A stretch of 63,385 nucleotides of DNA, filler included, from Octopus bimaculoides (taxonomy: Eukaryota), in NCBI RefSeq assembly GCF_001194135.2. It is 6 parts of 6 records of this genome, joined end to end, with 100 filler letters (N's around TTAATTAATTAA, not from the genome) between each part and the next. Parts side by side here need not be neighbours in the genome. Positions count along the whole stretch, not along the records: positions 9,016 to 34,496 come from NC_068988.1; positions 34,597 to 48,094 come from NC_069008.1; 4 more parts are not named here. The stretch is one strand, 5' to 3'. Below are positions 25,737-38,624 of this stretch, in pieces. The notes beneath the pieces were generated by a model. It saw nothing but the letters and a program-made list of their open reading frames with translations. It ran no database searches and was not told where the DNA came from. A program made the position numbers and the translations under genes. Numbering within the stretch: position 1 is the first letter of the stretch; each line of letters starts with the position of its first letter.

Positions 25737-26036
25737 CCCGGCAGCATTTGAACTCAGAACGTGATGACAAACGCAATACCGCTGAGCATTTCGTCCGGTC
25801 TGCTAACAATATTACCGCCTCACCGCCTTAAAAAAAAATAATAATAATGATAATAATAATAATAATCCTTTCGACCATAGGCTCAAGGCCTGAAATTTGG
25901 GGGAGGGGAATGATCGGCCCCAGTACTCAAATGATTCTTAATTTATCGACTCCGAAGGAACGAAAAGCAGACCTCGGTGGAATTTGAACTAAGCATTTCA
26001 TCCGACGTGTTAACAATACTGCAGCCTCACCGCTTT
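25737..26036 (-). mobile_element. Two tandem SINE family A copies separated by (AAT)n
   Basis: Head-only copy 25737-25829 and deleted copy 25867-26036. Confidence 0.8.
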
Positions 26037-26046
26037 AATAATAATA

Positions 26047-26441
26047 AAGCCGGACATAGTCTTAATTGAGAAAGAAAGGAAACGATGCTGGATCATAGAT
26101 ATAGCATGCCCAGCTGACAACAAGGTATGCGATGAGGAAGAAAGAAAAGTTGAGAGATATGACAGGTTAGCTTGGGAAGTTAAGCAGTTGTGATCGATGA
26201 AAAAGGTAGCAGTAGTACCAATAATTGTCGGAGCCCTGGGAACATTGAGCAAAAATCTCGAGAAGTACGTGGAACAAATAGGGGCTGCAATAATGGTGGA
26301 GCACTTGCAGAAAGCAGCACTGCTTGGAACCACTCGAATACTTCCGGAAGGTGCTCGAAAAAAAAAAGAAGTGTTAACTTAGTTCAATGGTAGTGAACAG
26401 CTGACACTGCAGTACATCTCCAGCGTTACAAGCTGTGCAAA
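26047..26441 (+). mobile_element. R4/Dong-type LINE 3' end with RLE catalytic motif
   Basis: KPDIVLIEKERKRCWIIDIACPADNKVCDEEERKVERYDRLAWEVKQL*SMKKVAVVPIIVGALG...LQKAALLGTTRIL (PD-D-K motif); (AAT)n at the 5' end, (AAC)n(AAT)n at the 3' end. Confidence 0.85.
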
Positions 26442-26465
26442 AACAACAACAACAACAACAACAAC

Positions 26466-26534
<69 letters not shown>

Positions 26535-27011
26535 CTTGAATATTATGTAGTATCTGTGTATAATTGGTAAAAATATGGCCATCTCCAAATATAACAATGT
26601 AATTAGATTCCAGAGTCCAGTAAAAGAAAAAAAAACATACACAAGGGATTGTAGCGAATCAAACACATACCAAAAATAAAATGTTTTTAATAAGGCACAA
26701 GTCTAATTCTGCAAAGAAAAACAAGTGTAGTTGTTGGAATTTATCGATTCATGATATAACTGGCGTTTATTTAATCAAGAAAAAACAACAGACAGTGAGT
26801 CAAAAGATAAACTGTACCTTTTTAACGTCAATATTACATGAACTATTTTCTAAATATATATTAGAGTCGGTAAGTAAGATATCCTTTAAGAAAAAGTATT
26901 CGATTATTTTGTCACGAGACCAAACAGCGTCTATAATTATGTGTCGTCGTTATATGTTGTCTAATTGAAATACTAAACTAATTGAAGATAAGTATAAACG
27001 AAAATATCTGA

Positions 27012-27084
<73 letters not shown>

Positions 27085-28297
27085 GTTAGTTAGCTACCTG
27101 ACAGACAGACACACACACAGGTAGATAAAGATATATATGTAGAAAGAGGGTGAGAGAGAGAGAGAAAGAGAAAGAGAAGCAGGCAGATATAGTTAGACAG
27201 GCAGATTGACAGACATAGATTAATAGATAGGCGGAGAGATCAAAATCCACACACAGACACACGCATACACACTCACTCACATACACACACACATAAACAC
27301 ACATGCACATACACAATTACACACAGAGGGAGAGAGAGATTATTATTCGTACATATATATATAAAGAAATAGATATATTAATAGAGAGCGAGAACGAGAG
27401 AGAGAGTGAGAGAGAGAGAGTGAGAGAGAGAGAGAGAGTGAGAGATAGATATAGAGAGAGAGGGAGAGAGAAACATGCATTGTCTATGCCTGAACTATAC
27501 ACAGTAACATATGTAGTATAGGTTGGAACGCACTGTAATGTTAGCGTTACATATTACCACAATGTTCAACTTCGACAACTATTCATTTACTAAAGATGAT
27601 ATTCTAATCTTCAAACAATTTGGATGGATTTTTTTTCTTTTTGAATATTTTGTTTTCCTCTCTCAATTCTTTTCATCTTTAAGTCTTTACCTGTCTATGA
27701 ATAGAAGATTATTGCATACAGGAACGCAAGAGCTACATCTCTCCCCTTCTCTCTCTCTCTCTCATTCTTTCTCTGTCTATTCTGTCTATTCTGTCTTTCA
27801 CTGTTACTCTCTCCCTATAAAATAAAAGTGTACATATGAATATATGTATGTATGTATATATATATATATATGTGTGTGTCTGTGTGTATGTTTGCGTGGA
27901 TATATATATATATATGTATGTAAGTATGTACACACAAACAGACATACAAATAAGCACTCTTATATGTATACATATATACATACACACACACACACGCATA
28001 CACATACACAAACGTATATATATATATATATATATAGCAGGATTGATGACTGTATTGTCATTATGTCTACTTGCTTTAGAATTGTAGTAATAATTCGTAC
28101 TTTGAAGGCAGGAATGGAATATTCTTACCAATTATTCGAGGCAGACAATTAGAAATGTTATATAACATCTATAATATAAAATATATATTTATGATATAAA
28201 TATATACGTGTGTGTGTATGTGTGTGCGTGTGCATGCATAAATCAATATCATATAATATACACTATATGTGTAAGTGCATATATAAGAATGTGTGAG

Positions 28298-28332
<35 letters not shown>

Positions 28333-28589
28333 ATTATCTGTGTGTGTGTGTAATCGTGTATATTATAGTATGTTATGCATTGTATTCATATATTTTACAT
28401 TATAAATACTATATTACATTGCTATTTATCTCTTTCGACTAATTACTAAGAATATTTATTTTCTGGTTTCAAAATATGAAATATTGTAGAATTCCGAAAC
28501 AAAAAGGAAAATTAATTAACAACAGTAATGTCAATAATACATACATATTATACAAACATACTTACATATATAGAAATACACACGGATAC

Positions 28590-28635
<46 letters not shown>

Positions 28636-29009
28636 TACTTTCGTTTTGCCATGGCGAGACCAATAATTAGTCGTTAGAACTAAAGATACTTATAATGCGC
28701 AAATATTATTCAGCGATTTTGAGTAAATTAACTTACATCATCAGCTTCCATCTTTTATATGGCCCAGAAGATAAGTACTTGGCGTAAATTCTATCTATCT
28801 ATCTATCTATCTGTTTATCCGTCTGTCTGTCTGTTTCTCTATATCTGTATCTATACACACACACAAATACATACACATATATACATACATGCATACATAT
28901 ATAATACATACATACATGTATACATACATACATGTATACATACATACATGTATACATACATACATGTATACATACATACATGTATACATACATAATTAAT
29001 TTTTTTTAA

Positions 29010-29340
29010 TCGGAGAAAAAAGAAAAGGAAAAAAATAGCAACGCGGGCACGTGGTACATGTAAAGTATTAATAAGACGCTCAAAGAAGGAATGAAAGAGT
29101 GGTTATTATACGTTTCAAGCAAAGCTCTTCTTCGGAAACAGGAGACATAGGAAAGTCCTAAAGAAAAGGAAAAAGGGGGATTTTTTTCGACTTCTTTTCT
29201 TTTTGACTTATGTTTCCTCTTTCCGAAGAAGAGCCTTGCTTGAAACGTAAAACACCCTTTCTTTCCTTCTCTGAGCGTCTTATTAATGCTTTGCATGTAC
29301 CACGTGTTGTTTGATTTTTCTTGTCTTTTTATCCGTTTCT
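29010..29340. repeat. Long inverted repeat of Penelope-like sequence, two hammerhead-like motifs on opposite strands
   Basis: Core arms 29048-29168 and 29193-29306 align at roughly 85% by hand; motifs at 29109-29138 (-) and 29220-29252 (+). Confidence 0.8.
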
Positions 29341-30480
29341 TTGATTAACTATTTACCGTACGGTGACACGGAACCCTGTTCTCCTGACTGGCTTTGGAGC
29401 ACCTAATTCTTTCTACCATCGGATTTCATCACCTTATTCATTTGGAGTACAGCATTTTTGCATCTTGACTGTCAATATATACATACATACATACATACAT
29501 ACATACATACATACATAGCGAAAAACTTTTCTATGGATATATACATATTCTATTACTGGATTGATACATACGTTTCTGCATGATACGTATTTGTTTGTGA
29601 CTACATTCTCACATCTATAAGATATTTTAAAATATGATTTATGATATCCTTGGTTCTTCAGAAATGTCATTATTGCACATGTATTTTTCTGCAGGTATTC
29701 TGCATTACGAGCGGACTCGATGGCATTTGCCACAAATGAATTACAAGGACATGTATATATAGTAATATAGGTGTATAAAGGTTGAATGTGGATTCATCCT
29801 TTAATTGGAGGTTTCCAAAAAAGATTTCTAATGTAAATTTTCCAAGATATGAAAGTAGTACTTGTATATAATATATGATGAATTAACGGAATGAAGTTCC
29901 ATAAATCCCATCAATTTCGTTCGAGATGTTAAAATTTATCAGAAATTTAATTTTTGCAGACGATCGTTTCGTACAAAGATATAAATTCATGATTGAGTTA
30001 CATAAAATAAATAGCATCGTACTCTTCAGTGCAAGAAGGAAAGGAACAATAATACAAGGAACTTAAAAAAGAATAGAGCAGAAAAAATTGGATCTAAGTG
30101 AATCATATTGGTATCCGTGTGAGAAAGAAATGGGAGTCATGTCGGATATTGAACCATAATTAACGGCTTCAACAGTTATTTGAAGATATAAGAGGTATCG
30201 GAGACGTTCCCTCTATAGATAAGTAAGGAAATTTGAATTATAGCTCCATATATATAGCGTAGGGCAAGTAAATATGAGAAATGTCCAATGGGAAGACAAC
30301 ACCAAATGTCAATTAAAATTAAAACTAACTGTTGAAATCAGTACGTAGTATAATATATATTTGTAAAATCTATACAGAAAAATAAAGTTTAGCGTGAAGA
30401 AGTGGTATATAAGTGGAGTTAAAGAATTGTATTATGATTACTTATGATGCCTAGTTTGTAGCCTTATATTTCTTACACTG

Positions 30481-30693
30481 GAGACAGCGAGCTGACACAA
30501 TTGTTAGCACGCGGGGTAAAATGCTTAGCGGCATTTCATCCGTCTTTATGTTTCGAGTTCAAATTGCGCCGAGGTTACCTTCACCTTTCACCCTTTCGGG
30601 GTCGATAAAATGGGTGCAATTTGGGCACTAGGACCGATGTACTTGACTCACCGCACCACCCAAACTTGCTGGCCTTGTACCAAAATTTCAAAG
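30481..30693 (+). mobile_element. SINE family A, diverged
   Basis: GCGAGCTGACAC...GAGTTCAAATTGCGCCGAGG...GCTGGCCTTGTACC. Confidence 0.8.
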
Positions 30694-31880
30694 TAAATTT
30701 TCTTATACTGTGCTGCGAAAGAATCTGTTTTGATTTGGGTTAAAAGAAAATATATTCCGACTAAAAATTCAAGCCAAGCCAAATGAAAGCGAAGATTTCA
30801 CTGTTGCCTCTGCAAAGAGATTTTCCAATTTACCACATTTTCTTTCTTTCTTGCTCTATTTTATCTATCTATCTATTTATTTATTTCTTTGTTAAAATCA
30901 TTAACAGATCTGATGACCTAAGCCATTAACGCTTGATGATCTAATGATCTAAACCAATAACGAGTAACACTTTCTAGACATTTTTAATTATAGCTTCAAG
31001 TGTGATATCTGATTCGTTTTGAATAATGGTGTTAGCTTGACTCTTCACTGTTGATAACACATTATCCTATCTTGTGACGACAATACCAATGAAATGCTGT
31101 CGGCATGACTTAATCGATAAAATAATGAATTCAAAATCGCAGTTTCAATACTTAATATCTGCAATGTATTTAATGTGAACCACTGTTTAATATTCATTAA
31201 CAGATAGTAATCAGGGTTTCATCTTCATTAGTGTTGTTAATATCATTAGTTTTTTTTTTTAATATTTCATCGAATTCGTTTTCTTGATCTCTTCGTCTAA
31301 CACTAATGTCAAAGCAAATTTCTTTTCCTCTTCCAACATAACTTAGAAATCGACAAGACGTTGTTGAATTTACATTCCTGTTCATCGAGAAGGTCAAAGT
31401 AACTTTTTCTCCGAGAAAAAAAGTGAATGAAGCAAGCGACCAGCTAGCTATAAAAAAGCTATGATGCTGTTCATACTTAATGTTTTAATTAATAACACAG
31501 GGGTTCGTGAGTGTTCAACTGTGGCGTTACAGAACAAATCCGGGATGAAAATTAAGCGATAAAAAATGCCATTGGATGTTGAGCCACAGCTCAACCCTGA
31601 TTAATCAGACCTTTAATCCAAGGGCTTCCAGCTGGGGCAAACATCTTTTTATTATATTTATTATATTCAAATAGCAAAGAGCTTTTTTTTGCCACATCAT
31701 GCAATCCAGAGAATCATTTCCCTGTAAGAGTGTAGCGAGTGATTTGACGAGGGATTTGGCTGCGATTTATGGCAAGTCGAGCGACTACGATGACGCTTCA
31801 TTGTTGATTCTTCATCGGTTGTTCTTACTGTTGTTTAATCTCGGATCAGATATGTTCCAGCAGATATGCACACACACACA

Positions 31881-31912
<32 letters not shown>

Positions 31913-32863
31913 GACATACATACACACAAACACACACACACACACACAGACACACGCACAGAGACACACACACACACACACACACTCACTCACTAGACAA
32001 GAATGGCTTAAAATCTTCGAAGTCACTGTCAATAATATTCTTGTTTGAGAATAATACATTTGTTCTCTACAAAATTTTAGATTAACCAATCAGATTAATG
32101 TAAAATTGTTTCTATTATAATTGAGCAAAGAAACAAGCATATATATATATACGTCTGTGTGTCTGTGTGTGTGCGTGTGTATACGTGTGTCTACGACGTG
32201 TGCCTGCTGGCGTTTGTCTCACACCGCTTGACAATTCATGTGTGTTGTTTACATCGTCTTAAATTTGAGGTTCGATAAAAAGAAATACATAGAATCTATT
32301 TGATCAACTAAAGACTTAAAGGTGATACTTCGGGTTGGCCAGATTTTAATGCCTGATACAGGTAAAAGAGAAAGCAATATGAAAACAAGCGACTGTGTAA
32401 GACATATTTTTATAAAAACAATAGATTTTAAGGAGCAAGAGCCGTAAAGGCGAAAAATTTAACCTGATGTCTCATTCCTTTTGCTAGTTACATGTTAACT
32501 ATTGTTTTACTCGTTTATTTGTTTAGGTCATTGGATTGCGGCCATACTGGTCACCTTCTTGGTTTGGGGTTTAGGCCAAAATAATCGCCACCACGTCCCA
32601 GTACGTATTTTCTAAAGCGTGATATTTATTCAGGAGAGCTCATTGGCTGAACCTCTAAGTTCCGCAGACGGAAACAAAACAACACCGTTTCTCAAGCTGT
32701 AGGAGATAAACAAAAAGTAACACGCACATATATACCCCACCCCTATTTGTATATACACGCATGTTTATATATATATATATATAAGAATATTTATGCGTTT
32801 TTACATGCGTATATGTATATATATGTATGTATATATGCATACACATACATATAAATATATAAC

Positions 32864-33050
32864 ATGCTAGACCGCTGAAATCTACAAGTTTTTTTTTTTC
32901 ATTCTCTGTTTATTTTCTCTTATTCTTTTCTGTTGAAGAGCGTAGGTTCGAAACATAAAAGAATTTTTCATTTTTCCTGGAGTGTCAATCTAATACACTT
33001 TCGGAGTTCATACGCCTGTCTACGTCTTTTGGTTTTCTACAAATTTCAAC
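32864..33050 (+). mobile_element. Family F Penelope-like element with hammerhead-like motif, diverged
   Basis: ctttt-CTGTTGA-A-GAGC-gtag-GTTC-GAAA-CATA-aaag at 32925-32961; start ATGCTAGACCGCTG. Confidence 0.6.
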
Positions 33051-33504
33051 TGAGCTGGGCCCTCGACTATAAATGGCCGCATATCATACATTTGGCACAC
33101 CTGTAGTAGAGCGTTACCGCGTCGATACAGCTTAGCAACTGTTTCACCGGGCACGAATTACTCATATCACCAGGAGAGATAGGAAATCCAAAACACATCC
33201 CCTCTGATATCAGTAATTAATAGACCTCTTTAAGGATGCTACCGGTTTACAGATGTCACTGATTATGGATTAGAAAAGAAAAATCTCCAAATTGAGATTT
33301 AATTGATTACCAGAAAATAAATGGTTATAAACTATGAATAACGTAGATAATGAGCAGTTAAAAATGAATATGGAAATAAATAGTGCAATTTGACAATTTC
33401 TCTGTGTATGGAGAATATCGATATGGGTTTTGTTTCTGATGTGGTTTTTGTTAATTGTTATGGAGATGATAATGGCAAGTGAGATGGCAATAAAAACTGC
33501 TATG

Positions 33505-33508
33505 GTGG

Positions 33509-33540
<32 letters not shown>

Positions 33541-33563
33541 TAGATGATGATGATGATGATGTA

Positions 33564-33626
<63 letters not shown>

Positions 33627-33783
33627 GATGATGATGATGGTGGTGGTAGTGGTGGTGGTGTTGGTGGTTTTTGGCATGATGTTCGTGATGAGGACATTGA
33701 TAGTCGTCACTGAGGATCACCATGAATATACAACAAATAACAACATAGCGATAAACTAAAGCAACAATAACAACAACAACAAT
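33505..33783. repeat. (GAT)n/(GGT)n/(AAC)n trinucleotide low-complexity tract
   Basis: Directly visible; source of the poly-H, poly-I and poly-M ORFs. Confidence 0.95.
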
Positions 33784-33796
33784 GATTGATAATAAT

Positions 33797-34218
33797 TCTT
33801 TCTACTATAAGAACAAGGCCTGAAATGTGAAGGAAGGGACATGTCGATTATATCGACCCCAGCTCATGTCATCGACCCCGAAAGTATAAAAGGCAGAGTC
33901 GACCTCAGCGGAAATTGAACGCAGAACGTAAAGACGGACGAAATGCCGCTAAGCATTTTTCCCGGCGTACTAACGGTTCTACCAGCTCGCCGCCTTAATA
34001 ATGATAATTATAATCATATTTCTACCATAGACACAAAGCCTGAAATTGGCCAAGGGGACTAGTCGATTACATCGACCCAAGTGTTTCATTGGTACTTAAT
34101 CTATCGACTCCGAAAGGATCAAAGACAGCGTTGACCTCGGCGAAATTTGAACACAGAATTTAACGACGGGCGAAATACCGGTAAGCATTTCACCTGGTCT
34201 GACAAAGATTGTGTCGCA
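33797..34218 (-). mobile_element. Two tandem SINE family A copies
   Basis: 33797-33996 and 34019-34218, joined and flanked by AAT-rich repeats. Confidence 0.9.
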
Positions 34219-34382
34219 ATAATAATTATAATAACGCTTCCTTTATTGACCTGTCCAAATGAAAAAACAGTGGGGATTTATATATAACACTGTTAACATT
34301 AAAAGCCGTGACAATTCACAAGAAAATTTTACCGACAAAATTCTCCAATAGGAGATAAATTGCAAAATTTATCTCGAATAGG

Positions 34383-34413
<31 letters not shown>

Positions 34414-34496
34414 AGAGATGACCGAGGATATTTGGTGTTCCTTGCTTGCTCTTGAATGGCGTTTATCTCCTATATATATATATATATATATATATA

Positions 34497-34596
34497 NNNN
34501 NNNNNNNNNNNNNNNNNNNNNNNNNNNNNNNNNNNNNNNNTTAATTAATTAANNNNNNNNNNNNNNNNNNNNNNNNNNNNNNNNNNNNNNNNNNNN
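34497..34596. other. Artificial 100-bp scaffold gap with TTAATTAATTAA spacer
   Basis: 44 N + 12 + 44 N. Confidence 0.9.
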
Positions 34597-34642
34597 ACCA
34601 GTATTATTCAGAAATAGTTTAAATAACTGTATGCAAACACAT

Positions 34643-34948
34643 GTGGAGGCGCAATGGCCCAGTGGTTAGGGCAGCGGACTCGCGGTCGAAGGATCGCGGT
34701 TTCGATTCCCAGACCGGGCGTTGTGTGCGTTTATTGAGCGAAACACCTAAGCTCCACGAGGCTCTGGCAGAGGGTGGTGGTGACCCCTGTTGTACTCTTT
34801 CGCCCCAACTTTCTCTCACTCTTTCTTCCTGTTTCTTGAGTAACGCTGCGATGGACTGGCATCCCGTCCAGCTGGGTGGGGGTGGGGCACATACGCCATA
34901 GAAACCGGGAAACCGGGCCCATGAGCCTGGCTAGGCTTTGAAAGCGGC
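34643..34948 (+). mobile_element. SINE family C, tRNA-like head
   Basis: GGAGGCGCAATGGCCCAGTGGTTAGGGC...GGTTTCGATTCCC head; GAGTAACGCTGCGATGGACTGGC..CCCGTCCAG tail shared with 47810-48058. Confidence 0.85.
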
Positions 34949-35376
34949 GAAAAAAAATGCAAACACATGAAACCATTGGTGTGGTACAAAACATACTCTA
35001 CTATCAAATGAGGTTATCCATCAACCAATGCGGTGTTGATTACTGTTTTAGTTCGTTGCCTGCGCGCGCGAGCTCACAGTTGCCGTCAATATCGTCTTGA
35101 TATTCGCCATCTGCAGATGTGTTGTTCTCGACATACAAACGACTTATTCTTCGCTATCTTCTTTAAAGGACCATGCATCAAAACGCGCTCACGCACCTGC
35201 ACCCACGCATGCACATACAGCAACGTGTACACCTTGCTCGTACTCCTCGCACCCCACACACATACCTGTCTCTCCACTGCATATTTAACTTTCTAATCAA
35301 ATGGATCTTGTGAACAATATCAATTCTTTAAAACTTGAACATACAATTCGAGTAAATTAATTAACACGATATAATA

Positions 35377-35442
<66 letters not shown>

Positions 35443-36069
35443 TTATAGATGTGTATATATGCGTGTGTATGTGTATGCATGTGTGAGTGCGTGTGTTTTG
35501 CGCATCTGTATATAAATATATGCGTGGAAGTATGCATTCATGTTTGTTTGTTCTGCGTACTCACACACACACACAAATATTCGTATGCACACACACACAC
35601 ACACAAATATTCATATGTATACATATGGTTATATATATATTATATATACATATACATACATACATGCATATATTAGCTGTTTGTCTACGTATTCATAAGA
35701 ATATTATACATATATTTCAGCTGTGTTTAAACACTTTGTTCGTATGTATATATCGTTCCTCAAACAGTCGGTATATACTCTCCACTCCCCCACCCCCACN
35801 NNNNNNNNNNNNNNNNNNNNNTTCATGCAATTTTCAACGAACACACGCTGTTTTGCCTGCTAGTTACAAACTATTCGAGTAGAAACAGCACAAAATAAAT
35901 GAACGACGTTGTTTAAGGTTACCTTACGTGTCACGAGTGCTGTCAGCTGCTGCTTCGGCTGGCGCTGCATGGCTAGTAAATTTTCTATGCATGTGCATGT
36001 GTTTTGGGCAAAACTCAAATTTACATAATTACGAAAAGCGCAAGTGAACAAATGAAAATCCAAATGGGA

Positions 36070-36345
36070 AGATGGCGGTGTTGGTGATTGTAGTTATGAG
36101 AATGTGTACGAAGTATCGGTTGTAGTGGTGGTGTTGTTGTTGGGGTGCTGGTGGTCGTAGCGATAGTGGTGAGGGTAGCAGTAGTAGTGGTGGTGATGGT
36201 GGTGGTGGTCGTCGTCGTCGTGGTGGTAATGGTAGCAGTGGTGGTGATGGCGATAGTGGTTGTAGTGGTGGTAGTAGTGGTGATGATGTTGGTGGTAGTG
36301 GTGATCTTGGTGGTGGTGGTGATGGTGGTGGAAAAAGTTATGTGT
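36070..36345. repeat. Degenerate (GGT/GTA)n low-complexity tract
   Basis: Directly visible. Confidence 0.9.
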
Positions 36346-36432
36346 TAGATTATACTGAGATTAAGGGCAATTCTGGAATCAAATGACTGAAACAAGTAAA
36401 AGAGTATATATACATATACATATACATATATA

Positions 36433-36824
36433 GGCGTAGGAGTGGCTGTGTGGTAAGTAGCTTGCTTACCAACCACATGGTTCCGGGTTCATTCCCACTG
36501 CGTGGCACCTTGGGCAAGTGTCTTCTACTATAGCCTCGGGCCGACCAAAGCCTTGTGAGTGGATTTGGTAGACGGAAACTGAAAGATGCCCGTCGTATAT
36601 ATGTATATATATATGTATGTGTGTTCGTTCCCCCCACCATCATCGCTTAACAACCGATACTGGTGTGTTTACGTTCCCGTAACTTAGCGGTTCGGCAAAA
36701 AGAGACCGATAGAATAAGTACTAGGCTTACAAAGAATAAGTCTTGGGGGTCGATTTTCTCGACTAAAGGCGGTGCTCCAGCATGGCCGCAGTCAAATGAC
36801 TGAAAGAAGTAAAAGAGTAAAGAG
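36433..36824 (+). mobile_element. Full-length SINE family B (reference copy)
   Basis: tRNA-like head GGCGTAGGAGTGGCTGTGTGGTAAG...GGGTTCATTCCC, core GCACCTTGGGCAAGTG, internal (TA/TG)n, tail GACTGAAAGAAGTAAAAGAGTAAAGAG. Confidence 0.9.
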
Positions 36825-37029
36825 TATATATATATATATAATCAAACGCAACATAAGGGTACTCCATAGACCTGACACTCCACCTCACAACGTAGCACTG
36901 CAGCACAACCAGGTCACTCTAAATACCCGCTACACACCCCACCGCTCGTACACTAAGAACAACAAACCACCCTAGAACTTTAGTCTATGCTACAAGATAT
37001 TGCTATAAAACTCTACCTAGTCACACCAC

Positions 37030-37440
37030 ACTGCAACCGAAACCACAACATAACACGACACTATCGCACAACACCTAAGGACATCTTGCCACCCTGTAAT
37101 ATACAACACCACACCGGACACCACCTACCACCATCGTGACCACGACTACGCCCCCCCCTACCATCNNNNNNNNNNNNNNNNNNNNNNNNNNNNNNNNNNN
37201 NNNNNNNNNNNNNNNNNNNNNNNNNNNNNNNNNCCATCACCACCAACAACAGGGACACAGCCAACTCCGTCGCAGCCACTATCATGACCGCCATCATCAC
37301 AGCCACCACCACCACCACCACCGTCACCACAAACACCTCCACACCATCGCCGCCGCCACCGCCACCGTCACCACTACCACTACCATGACCACCACAGCAA
37401 CCACCACCATGTACCACAACAACCACAACCACAACAACAC
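37030..37440. repeat. Degenerate (ACC/CAT)n low-complexity tract with gap
   Basis: Directly visible. Confidence 0.9.
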
Positions 37441-38031
37441 AAAGGAATGCTTTCTCTATTAAACTGTCAAATTTATCACAAATCTTAATCTAATGTCCAT
37501 CTATCTTCAGAAAAATCACCCCTTGATTATCGACGTTATACGCACTGTAATTACACTCTTTATATATACATATACATTCTTACACATACATACATACATG
37601 CATACATACATATTTGTGTGTGTGCGTGTGTAAATATATGTGTGTGTATTATATTTATGTGNNNNNNNNNNNNNNNNNNNNNNNNNNNNNNNNNNNNNNN
37701 NNNNNNNNNNNNNNNNNNNNNNNNNNNNNNNNNNNNNNNNNNNNNNNNNNNNNNNNNNNNNNNNNNNNNNNNNNNNNNNNNNNNNNNNNNNNNNNNNNNN
37801 NNNNNNNNNNNNNNNNNNNNNNNNNNNNNNNNNNNNNNNNNNNNNNNNNNNNNNNNNNNNNNNNNNNNNNNNNNNNNNNNNNNNNNNNNNNNNNNNNNNN
37901 NNNNNNNNNNNNNNNNNNNNNNNNNNNNNNNNNNNNNNNNNNNNNNNNNNNNNNNNNNNNNNNNNNNNNNNNNNNNNNNNNNNNNNNNNNNNNNNNNNNN
38001 NNNNNNNNNNNNNNNNNNNNNNNNNNNNNNN

Positions 38032-38077
<46 letters not shown>

Positions 38078-38624
38078 ACACACACACACGTGCATATATT
38101 CATTCTGTTCCAGATATCGACTATGTATTTCTCCTTGTATTTCTAACCAATAGCTAGCTGACCATCTTTCTATACAGAAATAGATTTAAAATTTCGGCAG
38201 AAGGCCCAAAATTTCGTGGGAGACGGGTTTGTCGATTAAATCGACCCCAGTGCTGAACTGGTATTATTAATGATGCGCAACATGCAGTATTCTCTTCTAA
38301 GGTAAACAAATTACACGGAACTTTACTCGATCGGTAAATCCTTAATTCGCTTCATTGGATTTCATACGGAAGAAAATTGGAGTGTCTACATAGGAATGTC
38401 TATGTTGGATGAATATCTACTGCAACCGAACCACAAGCACAGATGGCCTGTGCTTGAATACAGCATCAAAGGGCATAAGGAAACTTATATAACAGAAACA
38501 CGTGTCGGATTGAAATTTAATGAGAATAGTACTGTATCAAAAAAATTTCAAAACGTATAATACTCCATTCTTTTTCATGATGTTTTGGACACACAGACAC
38601 ACACATATTCATATATATAGATAA

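Noticed and set aside
33270-33759. Poly-His, poly-Ile, poly-Ser and poly-Met ORFs (also His-rich 37136-37462, Arg-rich 40424-40609)
   Set aside because: Translations of trinucleotide microsatellites with no splice context or domain.
34643-34720. tRNA gene (Arg-like)
   Set aside because: Incomplete cloverleaf, continuous with a SINE body that recurs at 47810.
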